Source: Microthyrium microscopicum (lineage: Eukaryota). From it: DNA of 52,386 nucleotides. The notes below the pieces were generated by a model. It searched no databases, had not been told where the DNA came from, and saw nothing but the letters and a program-made list of their open reading frames with translations. The DNA lies in contig MU004235.1 in NCBI GenBank assembly GCA_010405405.1, positions 1,750,538 through 1,802,923 of the forward strand, written 5' to 3'. Numbering within the stretch: position 1 is the stretch's first letter; each line of letters starts with the position of its first letter. The translations under genes and the position numbers were made by a program. This document shows, piece by piece, positions 24,838-37,913 of the stretch.

Positions 24838-25908
24838 AGCAAGCGAGGATGTACGCAGTGCTGGATGGTAACTTGACAATGAAAATGTACTGCTCACGAG
24901 AAGTGGTTCAAGGCTTCAAACTTTTGCAGAAGTGTCACCGTCTGCGTTGCCAAAGCTTTCTCTCCATTATATAGAACGGTCTTGAAAATGGAACCAACGC
25001 TTTGTACCAGTGGACTTCTTATATACTTTGAATAAACAACGGCTGTAATATCAACCCGTTTCGTAGTTCACGAGCTACACTGTGGAAAAACAATGAGGTA
25101 GTAAGTGGTGAAGTCTGACAAGTATAGTATGTCGTACACCAGTCTTTGCTATCTACTAACAGTATAACCGATGACAGCTCACCTGCATTGTCATGAATCA
25201 TCAAATGGGACATGAAAATCTCTCGACTCGCCTCAATGTAGATGTGCACCCGGTAGCAGCCGCTATGAGCACCACTAAGTGCTCTGCTACTCTCTGAAGA
25301 TGATGTTAGACTTCATATTGGCAACGCGGCGAGCTTGATCAATGCAGTGATCAAGCTCATTTTAGTAAAATAGAGGCCCAGGAGGTTATGGAAGTTGCTT
25401 AGAGTACCACAACAAACATTGGGTTGCGAGGTTTGTTAGTACAATGATGGGGCTGAAGAAGATACAATACAGAAGTTGACAAACAGCAAATAACAAATAC
25501 TGGATCTACTTAGCAGCACGCAGACACTTCAGATCCTCAAATCCGAGAGAGAAAGATCACGATAGGAGACAAATGAATCAAACAAAACCTTCATTATATA
25601 GGCGTTTCCAACACCATACATTATAATCTACAAAAAGCCCTCCCTCCCAATAACTACCAACCGCAACCAACGGAGGAGTATCCCATAGCCAATCTCGGAT
25701 AATCAGTCTATTTTGAGCCAGCGAGATAGCATGTGAAGTAGCGAGACGCCCAATTTCGTCTCCGCTGTAAACTTGTTGGCATGTAGCCAAGCCGTGTACG
25801 GATTAAGAATAACATTTTGCTTTTGCTCGCTCAAGAAACCGGTTATACGACGCGATAGTAGTACAAATTGTATAACGGTGGATGGGGAAACAATTGTTAT
25901 GGTGAGGA

Positions 25909-28900
25909 CTAGACATCAATGTCCATCATCATTTGCTCTTGAAGACCGGCTTGCCATTTGACATCGTCAATGACTTCTTGCAGGACTTCATCGAGTTCTT
26001 CAAGGACGCTTGTGCGGTCCCAGTTTTCGCGGGAGCGCCAGATAGTGTCCATGCCGCGAGCGTCGACCATTTCAAGCTGCTCAATGGTAAAGCCTTCAGT
26101 TTGATGTGCAAATTTTGCGTGGAGGGCGTTGAGAGCTTGTTCGTCGAGAATGAAAGGCGGTGGTGGCGGCGGCGAAGGAGAGGAGGGATTGAGGATGTCG
26201 GCAATATCTGCCGTATGTGCATGGCCGTTGTGTTGTCCCTGTGACTCGGGAGGAGCTGGCATGCTTGTAGGAGGAGCGGTTGCGAGTCCAGTGGCATTCG
26301 TATGATGCTGTGAATGGCTCGGTGGGAAAGGAGGTTTAAATGTCTCCTGGCTTGGCTCAGGAAGACCGTTAGATAACGCTTGAGAGGGCTGAGTCATGTT
26401 GGTAAGACGATGAGACGCCGCACTTTGCGTATCGGGAAGTTGGCTACCATCAACCACATCCGGCATGACTGACCAGTCCGGATAAGGCTGGGACTGTAAT
26501 GCAGGTTGCGTGGAATGACCATTTGTAGACTGGGTGAATTGTAATCTCGGATCGCTACCCCGAGAAGTACGTTCTGATGTCTTTTGGCCAGAGGTTGTTG
26601 TGGAGGCGCTGTTATGCAAGTCTGCAACCTGACTACCCGGGAGCATCTTGGTCACGGGTCCAGATTGCTGGCTTATATGCTCGGTGACCGTCGGGTTAGA
26701 GGGAGTTTGAGTAAAGCCGGCTGGAAACTGTATCCGTGAGCCAGAGGTCGACACATCTCCAAATGCACCGGCAGGAGTCGGGTAGTCAGCGGGAACGGTA
26801 TTGCCGTTGGTATGATTAACCATGTCAACATCTGATTCGATTATTGGTCGAAGTGGAGTGACTGGCTGAACCAAAGCTGGACCCATCTTGATGGGAGTGT
26901 CAAGCTGTATAGGTCCGGAAGGAATGGTACTATCCGGAGCTGGGGGTGGCACATTCGGAACAGCGTCCTTGTCCTTGGCTTTCTGAAGCTCAGCGCGCTG
27001 GAGCTCGCGCTTATAGAGAGCTTCACACTCGGGTAGGAGATCCGGTCGAGCGATTTCAAGCTGATCCAGGTGAGACATGACTGTACTGTACATCTCGCTT
27101 ACTTTGACCATCCGCTCAGCGATCTGAGCGGTTTGATAATCCTTTTGGATGGTCTTAAAATCCCAAAGGAACTCTTTTGGTCGTTTGTAATACCCGTTGG
27201 ATACACGCTGTTCAATCACGAGTGTGTTCATGTTGTAGAAAAATCGGCCAGTGGCAATGTCAATGAAGCCTCGGTTATTGTGCTTATCGGCACCGAATTC
27301 GTATGGTCGATTCACCTCTGGCAATTGATGCTGAGGGAGATCAGAATGTAGATAGGCAGGCTGATTCTCTCGAACCAGGTAATCAATATCTCGATCCGAA
27401 ATGATCGATTTTTGGAACATTCGAAATCGCTCCTTGACCTCCTTAGTGATAGCAAAGAGGGACACCTTCAATGCATTGAGTGTCGAACGATCCTTTTTGA
27501 ATTGCATTTTCAACGCTTCTTTAGAAGGTGGTTGTATGACAACGGGCTCCTCTTTCGCAAAAGGAAGGTCAGGGAGCTTGCGTTTCTTGCGATTTTCAAG
27601 TTCCGGGAACTCTGAGGGTCGCTTGCGAACATATTGGACCAGGGGCTCAAAGAACTGTAAGCGACTTGCCTATAAACTGTTAGTGTACAAATAAGTATTG
27701 TAGGTGATGATGAGACTGACTTCATTGGGTGCCCGAATGCGATATTCATGCTTTGATGAGAATCCAAACAAATTACGCATCATAACTGGATCGGGCTGTT
27801 CATCCTCACTATCAGTCTCCATGATCCCCAAAAGTAGCACAGCATCGTTGGCCGAAAGACTTCGAAGTAGTGTTGAGAAGGTTTGCAAAGCCTCTGAGCT
27901 TATGGTTGCATGCCAAATATTGATTTGAGGAACCACGATAACACTTGGTTGAGCTGTCTTGGCCTCTTTGAATGCTCGAGCTATCAGATGCTCAGGTCTA
28001 TGAAGGGCATCGCCTAAAAGGGTTGCCAAGTCGAGCATCTGAACGTTGTAGCCCTCCAATTTGTCAACGACGGCGCTGACGAGATATTTTTGACCCATAC
28101 CACGAACTCCTTTGATGAGAAGTCTAGGGCGGAAAATACGTCCTCGCTCAAATGCACGCAAGATATCGTCGCGGTCGAAGCCAGCATCATGACCCTGGTC
28201 CTCAAATTCGGCTTCTTCAAGAGCGGTCAATGTCTTACGCTTCGTTGGAATGGTTTGATCAAGCTTGTTTGAAACAGCCTCAACAGTGTCCTTCAACAGC
28301 GACATGACTTTTGCCGGAACAGCTTCTGTGGCCGCGACGGCCTCACGCGTAGAGGAGGGTTTGATTTTTTGCATGGCGAGTAAGAAGTCTTTGGGGACAA
28401 CTTTGATGGTTGAAGTGTCGATTTCCAGCTTCTTGGTTGATTTATAGATTTGTGGATAGGTTCGCTGAATCGCATTAATGACAGATTCAGTGCAAAGAGC
28501 CCTCAAGTCGGAACCACCATATCCTTTGGCCTTATCGGCCAGGTCATCCTTGAGTTTGGGGTCGACAGGAGGGTCCCAATTACGGGTGTGAATGTCGATG
28601 ATAGCTCGTCGAGCTTTTTTATCGGGCAGGGGAAAGTAGAATTCTCGATCAAATCTACCAGGACGTCTGAAAGCCGGATCGATAGAGTCTGGTCGATTGG
28701 TGGCTGCGATGAGAACAACTTGACCAAGGTCATCCATACCATCCATGAGAGCAAGAAGTGTGGTGACAATTGAGTTGTGATGTTGATCTTGTTTGCTGGA
28801 TCGAACAGGTGCTATTCCATCAAACTCATCAAAGAAGATTATAGCGGGTTGATTTTTCTTCGCCTCATCGAACAACAACCGAAGTTGTCGTTCCGCTTCA

Positions 28901-30843
28901 CCAACCCATTTACTCATGACATCGGCGCCTTTTCTCATGTAAAAGGTGACTTTTTTGTTGCCGACGGAAGTACTGCCGGCAAGCGCACGAGCTACCAAAG
29001 TTTTACCAGTTCCTGGAGGACCATGGAAGAGAACACCACGAGGTGGAGGGACCTTGAACTTGGCGTACATGTTAGGGTAAAGTAGAGGAAGCATGACCAT
29101 TTCCTTCAACTGGTTCATTTGATCGTCCAGTCCACCGACGCTGTCGTATCCAATATCTGACGATACAGTGACTGGTGTTATGTCGGCAATGGCTCCTTTA
29201 CCAGTGCCTCTCGCAGCAGCGCCATCTGCATTAAAGGTTTGAGCGATATGTGGTGTCAAAGGTGTAGCTCCAAAAGGTCGAGGAGGGCCTTCATCGTCGC
29301 TGCTATCATCATTAATCATAGCATTGTCGGGTGGAGCACCAAAGAGATTGGCATTGCCGGCTACCGTATTCCCTCCGAATGGGCCAGCTGTGTTAAAGAT
29401 GCCCAAAGGAGTTTTGAATGCGGGACGAGAAGCCGTTGGACGTTCCAGGTTTTGTTCATCCTGTTGTTCCTCAAGATCCAGGTTGGGTTTCAAAAGGTTG
29501 TAGTCAGGCCTATTTTGGTTGGTGCGGCGTGCACGCTGGGGAGGGTCATAGGTCAGGCCAGGATCCGTTCGGTGAACTCGTCGAGGTCTCTTTCTTTCAA
29601 GCCGCAAATCGTCGATCTCATCTTCGACTTCGCTTTGGTTCGGTTCATCATCTTCCTCGGAAGAATCACCTCGCTTACGCTTTCCAAGGGCAGTTTCAGA
29701 ATGGATGGCCTCATCTTCCTCTTCTTCTTCGGGATTGTAATCATCTTCGCTCGCGCTTTTCTTGTTCTTCTGAGACCGGGACTGGGAACGGGGTGGAGAT
29801 TTTTGGCTCTTGGGAGGGTTGGCGTTAGCCTAGAATAGTTAGCAAGATCCGCAGAAGAAGCTCAATAGGTTACTTGCCTGTTTGGTGCGAACGCGTCTGA
29901 CAGGAACGTCATCATCCTCATTGGAGTCTTCATCTTCGGGTTGACTGTTAGCATCCGGACTTTGTTCAATAACTCCAGGTTGGGCCTCTTCTTCGATGGA
30001 TTCCATTAGGATATTTTCGTCTTGCTCACCATGTCCAGGGTTATTAGGATCCATATCCTGGGCGTCCTCTTGGGAATCCTCCACGATAACGCTTGGCTGA
30101 TTAGTTGTTTTTGCAGGTTGTTTTCCAGATGTCTTTGAGTCTGGGCGGGTGTCTGACGCAGCTATCTCCTTTCGTCCCTTAAACTCGAGATGCAAATGTT
30201 CCGTTTCTGGCTCGGCAGATAGTCGTGAGCTGGCTCGTGGTGGGGGCAATTCGGAGGTTGCGCGTCGACTTGATGAACGCGTCTTTGGAGCAGTTTGTTT
30301 GGCGGCCTGTCTCGTAGTTGGTTTGGAAGAAGAGGTTGCGCGCGTTGTGCGCGTGAGAAGGGATTTGAGGTTTTTCGGTGTGACTTGGAGTTTGACTACA
30401 CGGGAAGGGCGTTTCGAGGATGGTTTCTTGATGTCTTCGACGTCGGATGCTGAGGCTTGATCGTCTTCACTATCCTCAATCTCATCTGAGATTCCGTCGC
30501 TCTCGACGTATGTGATGGCCTTCTTGACCGCGTTGCGGGTGGGTCTGCCCGTCTTTGGATTGAGATCAATCTCTTCTTCCTCTTCGGACTCCTTCTCGAC
30601 AAAGGAGTCCTCACCACTCTCCTCGTCAGTCTCGTCTATCTCGTCATCGGAGTCGAACGGGCGACTCTTCCCTTGTCGAGCTGTTTTTTGGCGTTTGGAA
30701 GACTTTGCCTTCTTGGCTCCTTTGGACTTTCTCTTTGGTCGGCGCTCGCGCATTGAGGACTCGGAAAAGTCCCCGTCGTTCTTGTCCGAGCCTGCCTCTT
30801 CGGCGACTTGGGACAACGGTTTTTCGTGGAATTTGGCAGGCAT
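25909..30843 (-). CDS. YTA7: Yta7/ATAD2-like AAA+ ATPase/bromodomain histone chaperone; exons 30843-29878, 29829-27721, 27669-25909
   Basis: Acidic/basic N-terminus; VGGLDDQMNQLKEMVMLPLLYP; Walker A GPPGTGKT; FYMRKGAD; Walker B IIFFDE; RRPGRFDREFYFPLP; degenerate second AAA module (RPRLLIKGVRGMGQ); bromodomain-like region (IEQRVSNGYY..PKEF); C-terminal TEGFTIEQLE. Both introns join in frame. Confidence 0.93.
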
Positions 30844-30899
30844 TGTGATGGTGGTTATGATAAGCCTGGAGAGAGGAAGAATTAAAGGAAGAGGGCGAG

Positions 30900-31380
30900 A
30901 CGCGTTTTGTTGTGGAGGGGCACAATGCCACAACTTTTGGATGGAAGGTGCAACAGCGAAATGCAGCAAGAGCAAAGTTGGGGGCACCTGCCTTTGAGAA
31001 GAGGTCGGCAAGCGCGACGCACAAGCCGCGTTGTAGGCACCAATGGCCACGCTAAACTCTTTTGGGTAGTGGTGCGGCAAATTGGGCCAACGACCCTGCT
31101 CGCTCCAACCAACCAACATGGAAAGAACGACACCTAAATATTCTGCAAACCTCCTCTCGCAAAGAGCATATTAAAACAACATATCGGTCAAAAATAAACA
31201 ACATTGCAAAGATAGGTGCCACTTTCAAATCAAACAAATTCAAATCAATCACACATGATCTCACGAAATCAGCATTCCAAACTCCATGCGCTCCTCCTTT
31301 CCACCCAGCGCATTGCTTTCAGTTTCTTCTATCCTTCTGATCACACACCCTGTTCCTGCGTCCTCGCGTGCCTCGCGTCT
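30900..31380. promoter_or_regulatory. MCB-like (ACGCGT/CGCG) sites upstream of YTA7
   Basis: ACGCGT at 30900-30905, plus CGCG cores near 31012-31030 and 31364-31378. Confidence 0.35.
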
Positions 31381-31980
31381 AACGTCACGGCTACCAGTCG
31401 CCTGGTTTGCGGCTTAAAACCTTAATTCCTTTAAGCTATTTCCCCGGATTTTCTTCACCATTCGTCTCTCTTTCAGCCCGCAAACCACTCCCATGCCATT
31501 CTAATGAGATTCTTTTGATATTTATGGATTTGTGTTTTTGTAGGCTTGGTGGTGGCCACTGAATATGTCATACTGGCCATGTTGTCGGGCGAAAAACGGC
31601 TCTCAAGAGTGGAAGCTGAAAGGCTTGGCTTTTTACAACACCAAGGAGTCCGTGCGCTACTCTAGATTGAGCCGAGGACACGACAAATGTGCGATATCAT
31701 ATTTCCACAGGTACTTGGCGGCCAGTAGGTGTTCCTTTTAATTTGATACTTCATGTATCCAATCCTAGTTATCTACTGTCATGTTCAACTTCTCAAATTA
31801 TCCATGAAGTCTGATATTATGTTCGGTGTGCTAAGTGGCACTTGGGAGCAATTGATCCAACCATGCCACACCTGAGCATTTAAGTGGGCCAATTATGAGC
31901 GATAAAATGCGTCAGTATGATTGCATTGGAGATTTTGATTACAGTTGTATATTTACAGATTCTTCTTTCGGGCCCGTCCA

Positions 31981-33227
31981 TCAATCACGGCCGCCAGTAA
32001 ACTTACTCCATAACGAAGTAGGTTCTCGAGCAGACGGCACAAACCAATCGAATCCTAAGTAGTCAAACTTGTCAGTATGAAAGTCACATTAAGATAACCA
32101 GTTAAACGCTTACCTCTTTCTCCTCTAAACATCACTGCACGCTTATCCAAATACCAAGAACTGAACGCTCGAGTCTGATTATCCTCCGTCCACAACCGCA
32201 CCATTGACGACCTTGTAGAGCCTATCGGCGCAAAAACATTGACGAGCTCCTTCCATACGCGCATAAGCTGTCTCCAAGGCCAAACAAACATCTGCTGAAT
32301 TCCATAGTAGGAACGCAAATCCGGTAACTTCTTTTCAGTCTCTCTTGCCATGCTACAGAGCGGCTTGCTGGTCTTCAAATCCCAGATCGGCACCGTAGTT
32401 GACATCTTCTGCCAAGGGAGAAAGCCAGTGCCTTCTACGTGCGCGACATAGTACTTTTGCCTCTTTTGATTTTGCGAGGGTTTGAGTATGATTGATTTAA
32501 TCACTTTGGATCGTCGCATCATACCTTGCCACATACTAAAGGCGGCTAACGCAAATATGCTCGCATAAGCGATATACACAAACGAGGCCAGGCCAGCGTC
32601 GTGAGCAATGCCTTCGGCCAGAAATCCGGCCTCTCCTACAAGAATGCCAGCACCAGACAGGAAAACGACAAGGCATGCAGTTGAGAGCGGCCACATTCGA
32701 AGTTTTCGTTCGTATAGATTGATATTCATGTCGCGGAATAGACGCTCTGCTGCATATGATTTGATCTTTCCTTCAAAATGAGTTTCCTCGCCATCATTTC
32801 TTATGAGTGGATTGGTTAGGTTGGTTAATTGGCGCTCTTTGCGTTCGTTACGCTCTTTGGCTATTTCTGCGTGGTAGGCTTCGTATTCTTTGTCATATTT
32901 TGGTGCTTTGGCTTGCTTTGTGGGTGCGACTGCTCCTTTTCGTATTGTTGCTCGGAGTGCATTGGCTTTGGCTACTTTGACTTGATGCTCGGCCATTTCT
33001 GCTTTCATCTGTTCTAGTTTGGAACTAACTGTGGCTTTCCCTCTGGCAGGCCGAGGCGGACCTTGACATTTTTGTGAAGAATTTGAGAATGCTCTTTGAC
33101 TTGAGACTATGGACAGTATTGTATTGCGCGAAAGGTTTGTTCGGTGTATGAAAGGGTGTATGAAAGGAGTGACGAAGGAGGGAGTCGAGCTCGACCAGCG
33201 TAGACAGCCCCGAGAGAAGGCGGTCAT
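31981..33227 (-). CDS. Hypothetical, probably mitochondrial, two-TM membrane protein; exons 33227-32114, 32054-31981
   Basis: R/S-rich presequence-like N-terminus (RAFSNSS), two hydrophobic segments, and a GTAAGC..ACTGAC..TAG intron giving the C-terminus GFDWFVP...GRD*. Confidence 0.7.
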
Positions 33228-33569
33228 TGTGTGCTGCCACCAAGTTAGTATTGATCAGTGGGAGCGAGAAAGAACTGCTCTTACCGTAAGGCAGTCAGAG
33301 ATGGCGGCGTGCCTTGGTGTATTGAGCGAAGAAGACTGTCGCCAAAAAAAAGGGCAAATTGCATCTCGATTCTCGATGAAGTTGAAGTCCAAGAACTTCT
33401 GGCCCGTGCATGAGCTCATCGCAGCTTTCTTCCGCCTTTTGTCTTCCTCTCCATCTGTCCCATTACACTCCCATTGAAGCTAGACACTTTCTTCTTCCAG
33501 TGGATCTTGCGCTGAAGAATCTTTTCCGCCGGTGGCCTGGAAAGAATAGGTCAATACCGAAGGGCAATC

Positions 33570-34456
33570 ATGGCATCCCGAAGCTCAACCAGACTGATAA
33601 CCCGCCTTCTCAGAAAACCTACCACCACGCTCCAGTCAAGAAGTAAGTTGCCCCTACACGACATTGAACCACCGAGACTAACTCAATTCTAGCATACTCC
33701 TCATCTTCCTCCACCGAGCGGCCGCTCTATCCCTCCGTTCAAGTCCTTCTCCACACCCACAACCTCTCCGCCTCCGACATAAAAGCCACCGGTCCCCAAG
33801 GCCGACTCCTCAAAGGCGATGTCCTAGCCCATCTTGGGGAAGTCAAAGAGGACTATCCCAAAGAATCTGCCTCTCGAATCTCAAGTCTAAGCCATCTCGA
33901 TCTCTCCAACATCACACCAGCCGCTCCGAAAGCAGCCGAAGCACTAAAGAAAGAGGCAGCGCCGGAGCCAGTGGAGGAGATCTACGAAGTCTCGCTGCCC
34001 ATCGATCTTAAGCCGGTGCTGAAATTCCAGCAACGCATGCAGGACTCGTTAGGCCAAGCGCCTGCGTTGTCAGAACTTATTACAAGGGCTATCAATCTGG
34101 CGAATTTGGACTTACCTGCGCCGGCGAGAGCACCTACGGCAGATGAACTGTTTGATGAGTTGGTTGGGCAGTCAAGCCATGGTGCTGTGCTCGCTGATGG
34201 CCGATTCATTCCCATTATCAACAACACCGGGCCAGCGCCTTCGACGGCACAGCCAGTTGATATCTTTGATGAGCTGCTATCAACTGCACCAAGCAAGAAA
34301 CGTGCGATAGTCCCTCGCTCGCTTCCATCAGCGAATGAAGGTGCGGTCAATGATTTCAGCATCGCGGCATCAGTAGAAGACCGGAAACGAGCGTCCGTTT
34401 TCCTACAGCGTATGAAGAGCGTATTAGAAGTTGAGCCAGGTAGACTAGTCCTATAA
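33570..34456 (+). CDS. PDX1: Pyruvate dehydrogenase E3-binding protein (protein X)-like; exons 33570-33642, 33693-34456
   Basis: Presequence MASRSSTRLITRLLRK; E3-binding domain LYPSVQVLLH..IKATGPQGRLLKGDVLAHLG; HLDLSNI; ADELFDELVG; DIFDELL; fungal E3BP C-terminus FLQRMKSVLEVEPGRLVL. Confidence 0.8.
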
Positions 34457-34636
34457 TCTGCTTGAGATCGAGTCACTTTCAGAGGCGTAGGCGTTTGGGG
34501 AATAATATACTACACAACCGGCTATGTATCACAAGCAATGCTCCCACCCGGGGCTCGAATTCAAATCAGACCAGTATTCGGTCATTCCTCATCCTTTCTC
34601 TCAATCTTGTTGCTAGATGTTTCTTCGTGACCAGTC

Positions 34637-35257
34637 TCAGCTTGACGCCTTCTCTTTTTCCAGCATCTTCCTCCGCGCCGCCAATATCATCTCCTCCCTC
34701 CGTTTTTGCAATAGCGTCTGCCGTTCCGTTTTATTCGTCGACCACTTCGGTTTCGTCTTATCCGCTTCTTCCTGCTCCGCTTGCTCCGCCAACTTCGCAC
34801 TAAGATTGTACCGCTGAATCAGATCCGGACCAGACTTATCAAGCACCCGCGACGCAGAAGGAGTCGGCGTCGAACCCGTCAATAAAACAGGTTGAAAACT
34901 CTGCGGTGGCTACAACACTCAAATCAGCCCAAATAATCCTCTCTCCACCCTGTCCCCTAGTACACATACCGTAGCCAACCCTCGTCCCGTGATAAGCCGT
35001 TCCGTCGTAATCGCCGGATTGTTATTATTCCTCATCAAATCCCACATAATCGCGCGCTGATCCGCCTGCGGAAACATCTGCGAAATCGTCTCGACGTGTT
35101 GAGGATTCGCTCGTGGGCCGTCTGTTGCGCTGCGCGCGCTGGAGCCGGGGGCGGGTTCGGCTCGGGGGGCTAGAACCCAGCGGATTGCGAGGAAGGATAT
35201 TACGAGGAGGACGGCGATTTGGGGGATGTTGAGGGTTGCTTCTGTTGGGTCGGCCAT
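34637..35257 (-). CDS. CUE-domain ER membrane protein (Cue1/Cue4-like); exons 35257-34970, 34909-34637
   Basis: N-terminal TM segment; CUE motif VETISQMFPQ..RAIMWDL; C-terminal DLIQRYNL..WS..ERQ..LQKRREEMILAARRKM; in-frame GT-AG intron. Confidence 0.85.
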
Positions 35258-35876
35258 TTTGGTGGTGGTTTGGTGGAGGAGGGTGACGTGGAGATTGGAT
35301 GAACAGGCGATGGATGGAGGTTGAGGCTGGAGGACTGCGTGTAGTGTTCAGGCTGTGAGAGTGGAAGTAGTGCGATGTATAGAGAAGAAAGAGTTGTGAT
35401 GTTGGAGAGTGAACTGGCAAGATTGGGATGGATCTTGGATGGCACGCGATGATTGTGGCGCATGTGAAATTGTAGCCACCTCACTTCCACGGATCTACAA
35501 ATGGTTAAGGAGCCTGTGGATCGGAAGCCGGCTCATGCCATGAAGAAGGACGAAGAGTAGAAAGATATCAAATGCACGGACTTTGACCATAGGCTTCATT
35601 TCATGAGAAAACAAAGAAGAATTAAAATTCAATTCCATTTGTCTCTTTGTGCAAACTTTTGATATGCCACGAGAGGAACACTGAAGATTGGCCATCAAAA
35701 ACAAAGGGCAGCTTCTACCAACGCCAGGCAAGGAACTTGGGCATCGCAACCTCACCTCCCCACTTCGCGACCTTAGAGTTTTTCTAAAACTCCTTCATCT
35801 ACACTCCAAATTCTAGTTCTTTGATCGCGCCCGGTTCGTCTAGTCAGTCCTTACCAGTTTGATCAATATCAAAGCC

Positions 35877-36559
35877 ATGTCTACCGTGCGGCCCATGACA
35901 GCTCAAGACTTGTTCAAATTCAACCCCTGCAATCTCGACCACTTGACTGAGACATATCATGTCGGTTTCTATCTCGAATACCTCTCCAAATGGCCCCACC
36001 TATGCCAGGTAATCGAAAGTCACGATGGCCAAATTGAAGGCTACAGTAAGTTCTGGATTCAATCGCATCCCTTTATTTCTTCTACCCGTCTGTTGTGCAT
36101 CGCACCCACGTTTCCCCGCCACACAAAGTACATACTGATCGGGTACCTGCAGTGCTCGCCAAAGTCGAAGCGTCACCATGGCCAGCACCAGTTTCTCCAT
36201 ATGCGCCTGGTACTAACCCGGATCCAAACTACTTACCATGGCATGGACATATCACCGCTCTTTCAGTCTCCCCACTGGCTCGACGACTAGGCCATGCGTC
36301 GAAACTGACAGACGCGCTAGAACGAAGTTGTGATGCGAGCAATGCTTGGTTCGTAGACTTGTTTGTTCGCGAAGAAAACGTTGCTGCACAACAACTTTAC
36401 AAGTCGCTGGGCTATTCGGTTTATCGACGAGTGGTTAAGTACTACAACGACAATTCGGATGCTTTCGATATGCGCAAACCGCTATCGAGGGATAAGAAGC
36501 AAGAAACTATTCGAGAAGATGGCGAGAACGTATCTGTGGCACCCGAGGATGTCTGGTAA
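35877..36559 (+). CDS. NAT3: NatB N-terminal acetyltransferase catalytic subunit (NAA20); exons 35877-36045, 36153-36559
   Basis: DLFKFNPCNLDHLTETY..FYLEYL.KWP, WHGHITALSVSP.ARRLG, WFVDLFVR, LGYSVYRRV and DAFDMRKPL motifs. Confidence 0.93.
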
Positions 36560-36848
36560 TATACACAAGAGCGTCGTCAATCGATCACTTTACCAACCTA
36601 GATCCACTGGTGGTTTCCCAAGAATCAAAGCCAATCAAAGGATAGCCCACGAGAGTCATAACGAAAACACTGGACTGACATGTTCAATTCTATATGCATA
36701 GTAAGTAAAGCTTACTTACTGCTCATATCATGATTTCTGACTATCAAACAGAACGAGTGGATGCCAGCAGGCCAGCAAGCCAGCAGATATCAACAATCAA
36801 CCAACAACAAACCTTTCGCCAAACCGATCCATATGCGCCAACCAACTG

Positions 36849-37535
36849 TCATTCAACCTTAGACCCCTGTCTACTTCTTATAGCAAACTCCGCAATAATC
36901 GGATAAATATGCTCAAACGCATAAAAAATATGCTGCTCGTACCGCGCACCAAGAAACATCAACTTCCCATTACTAAACACAATCACCGTAACTTTTCCCC
37001 TTGTCCCCTCCTCGTTCCCCAAATACTCATAAATCAGCCCGCTAAAATGCTCCGGCATATACCGCACATACGGACTCAATCCATGCTTCCTGTACAGTCC
37101 CGGTATCCGAATCACCATCCCCGTCTCCGCGCTCGCCACGAAATTCACAGGATACCAATTCTCTACCCGAGCCACTGGATATCCAATCTTCTGCAAACCC
37201 CTAGCGACTTTCCGCGCCGCCAATTTCCCATCGGCTAAAGTACGTACGCCCATGATGTTACATGCGCCGCTCGAAAACAGCAAACATGTATACTTTGGGT
37301 TCCGGCCACGCATGATCACGCCGTTGAAGCGAGGTTTCTTTTCAACGTTGCGGGCATATTGGGCTACGGTACGCACATCGATTCGCTGGCCGGAGAAGAA
37401 GGAGGCGACGATGTTGTGGATTTTGGGCAGTTGGATTGCGGGGATGCCGTTGGTGGTTGTGAGGCGGGTTATGATTTCGGCGGTGGATTCGAGGGGTTCG
37501 GGGATGGTGGGACGGGGTTTTTTCTTGCGCGGCAT
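36849..37535 (-). CDS. Divergent TATA-binding-protein paralog (TBP-related factor), intronless, ~228 aa
   Basis: Two TBP repeats: HNIVAS..IDVRTVAQYARN..RFNGVIMR.RNPKYTCLLFSSG..KLAARKVARGLQKIGY and VNFVAS..IRIPGL..YMPEHFSGLIY..VIVFSNGK.MFLGA..IFYAFEHIYPIIAEF. Likely start is ATG 37535 (MPRKKK). Confidence 0.88.
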   Translation of the reverse strand: MPRKKKPRPTIPEPLESTAEIITRLTTTNGIPAIQLPKIHNIVASFFSGQRIDVRTVAQYARNVEKKPRFNGVIMRGRNPKYTCLLFSSGACNIMGVRTLADGKLAARKVARGLQKIGYPVARVENWYPVNFVASAETGMVIRIPGLYRKHGLSPYVRYMPEHFSGLIYEYLGNEEGTRGKVTVIVFSNGKLMFLGARYEQHIFYAFEHIYPIIAEFAIRSRQGSKVE

Positions 37536-37913
37536 GGTTGGTGGGTGTTCGCAATCAATGCGAATTGTGTGACTACCTGGGGAGAAGGAAGATGGTTTGG
37601 TTTGGAGTGGTGGATGTTGGATATCGAGAATTGGGTCGAGGACAATAGACAATGGATGTTAGATATAATGGACAATGGACAATGGCTGTGTTGTATACTG
37701 TATAAAGGCATTTTCTAAAAGTTGCATTGTCTCTTTGGCGACTGAGACTTTGTGAGTTGGTGTGAATCCATTGTGTTGAGTGAGCCAGGCTTTGTGTTTA
37801 CTATAGCACCAAGGGACCTTTGTGTTAGACAATGCTCGACATTGTATTAAACACAAAGAGAATTTTCTTTATCCCAATGTCTGGTATTCATATCTCATTC
37901 CATCCATTATATT

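Noticed and set aside
29839..31119. ORF-track start at 31119 for YTA7, and 37652 for the TBP paralog
   Set aside because: The upstream extensions look like UTR; the ATGs at 30843 and 37535 have better context and protein sense.
36700..36720. 9-bp-stem hairpin AGTAAGTAA-AGC-TTACTTACT between convergent NAT3 and TBP-like genes
   Set aside because: AT-rich and short; no support for a function in a eukaryotic 3' region.
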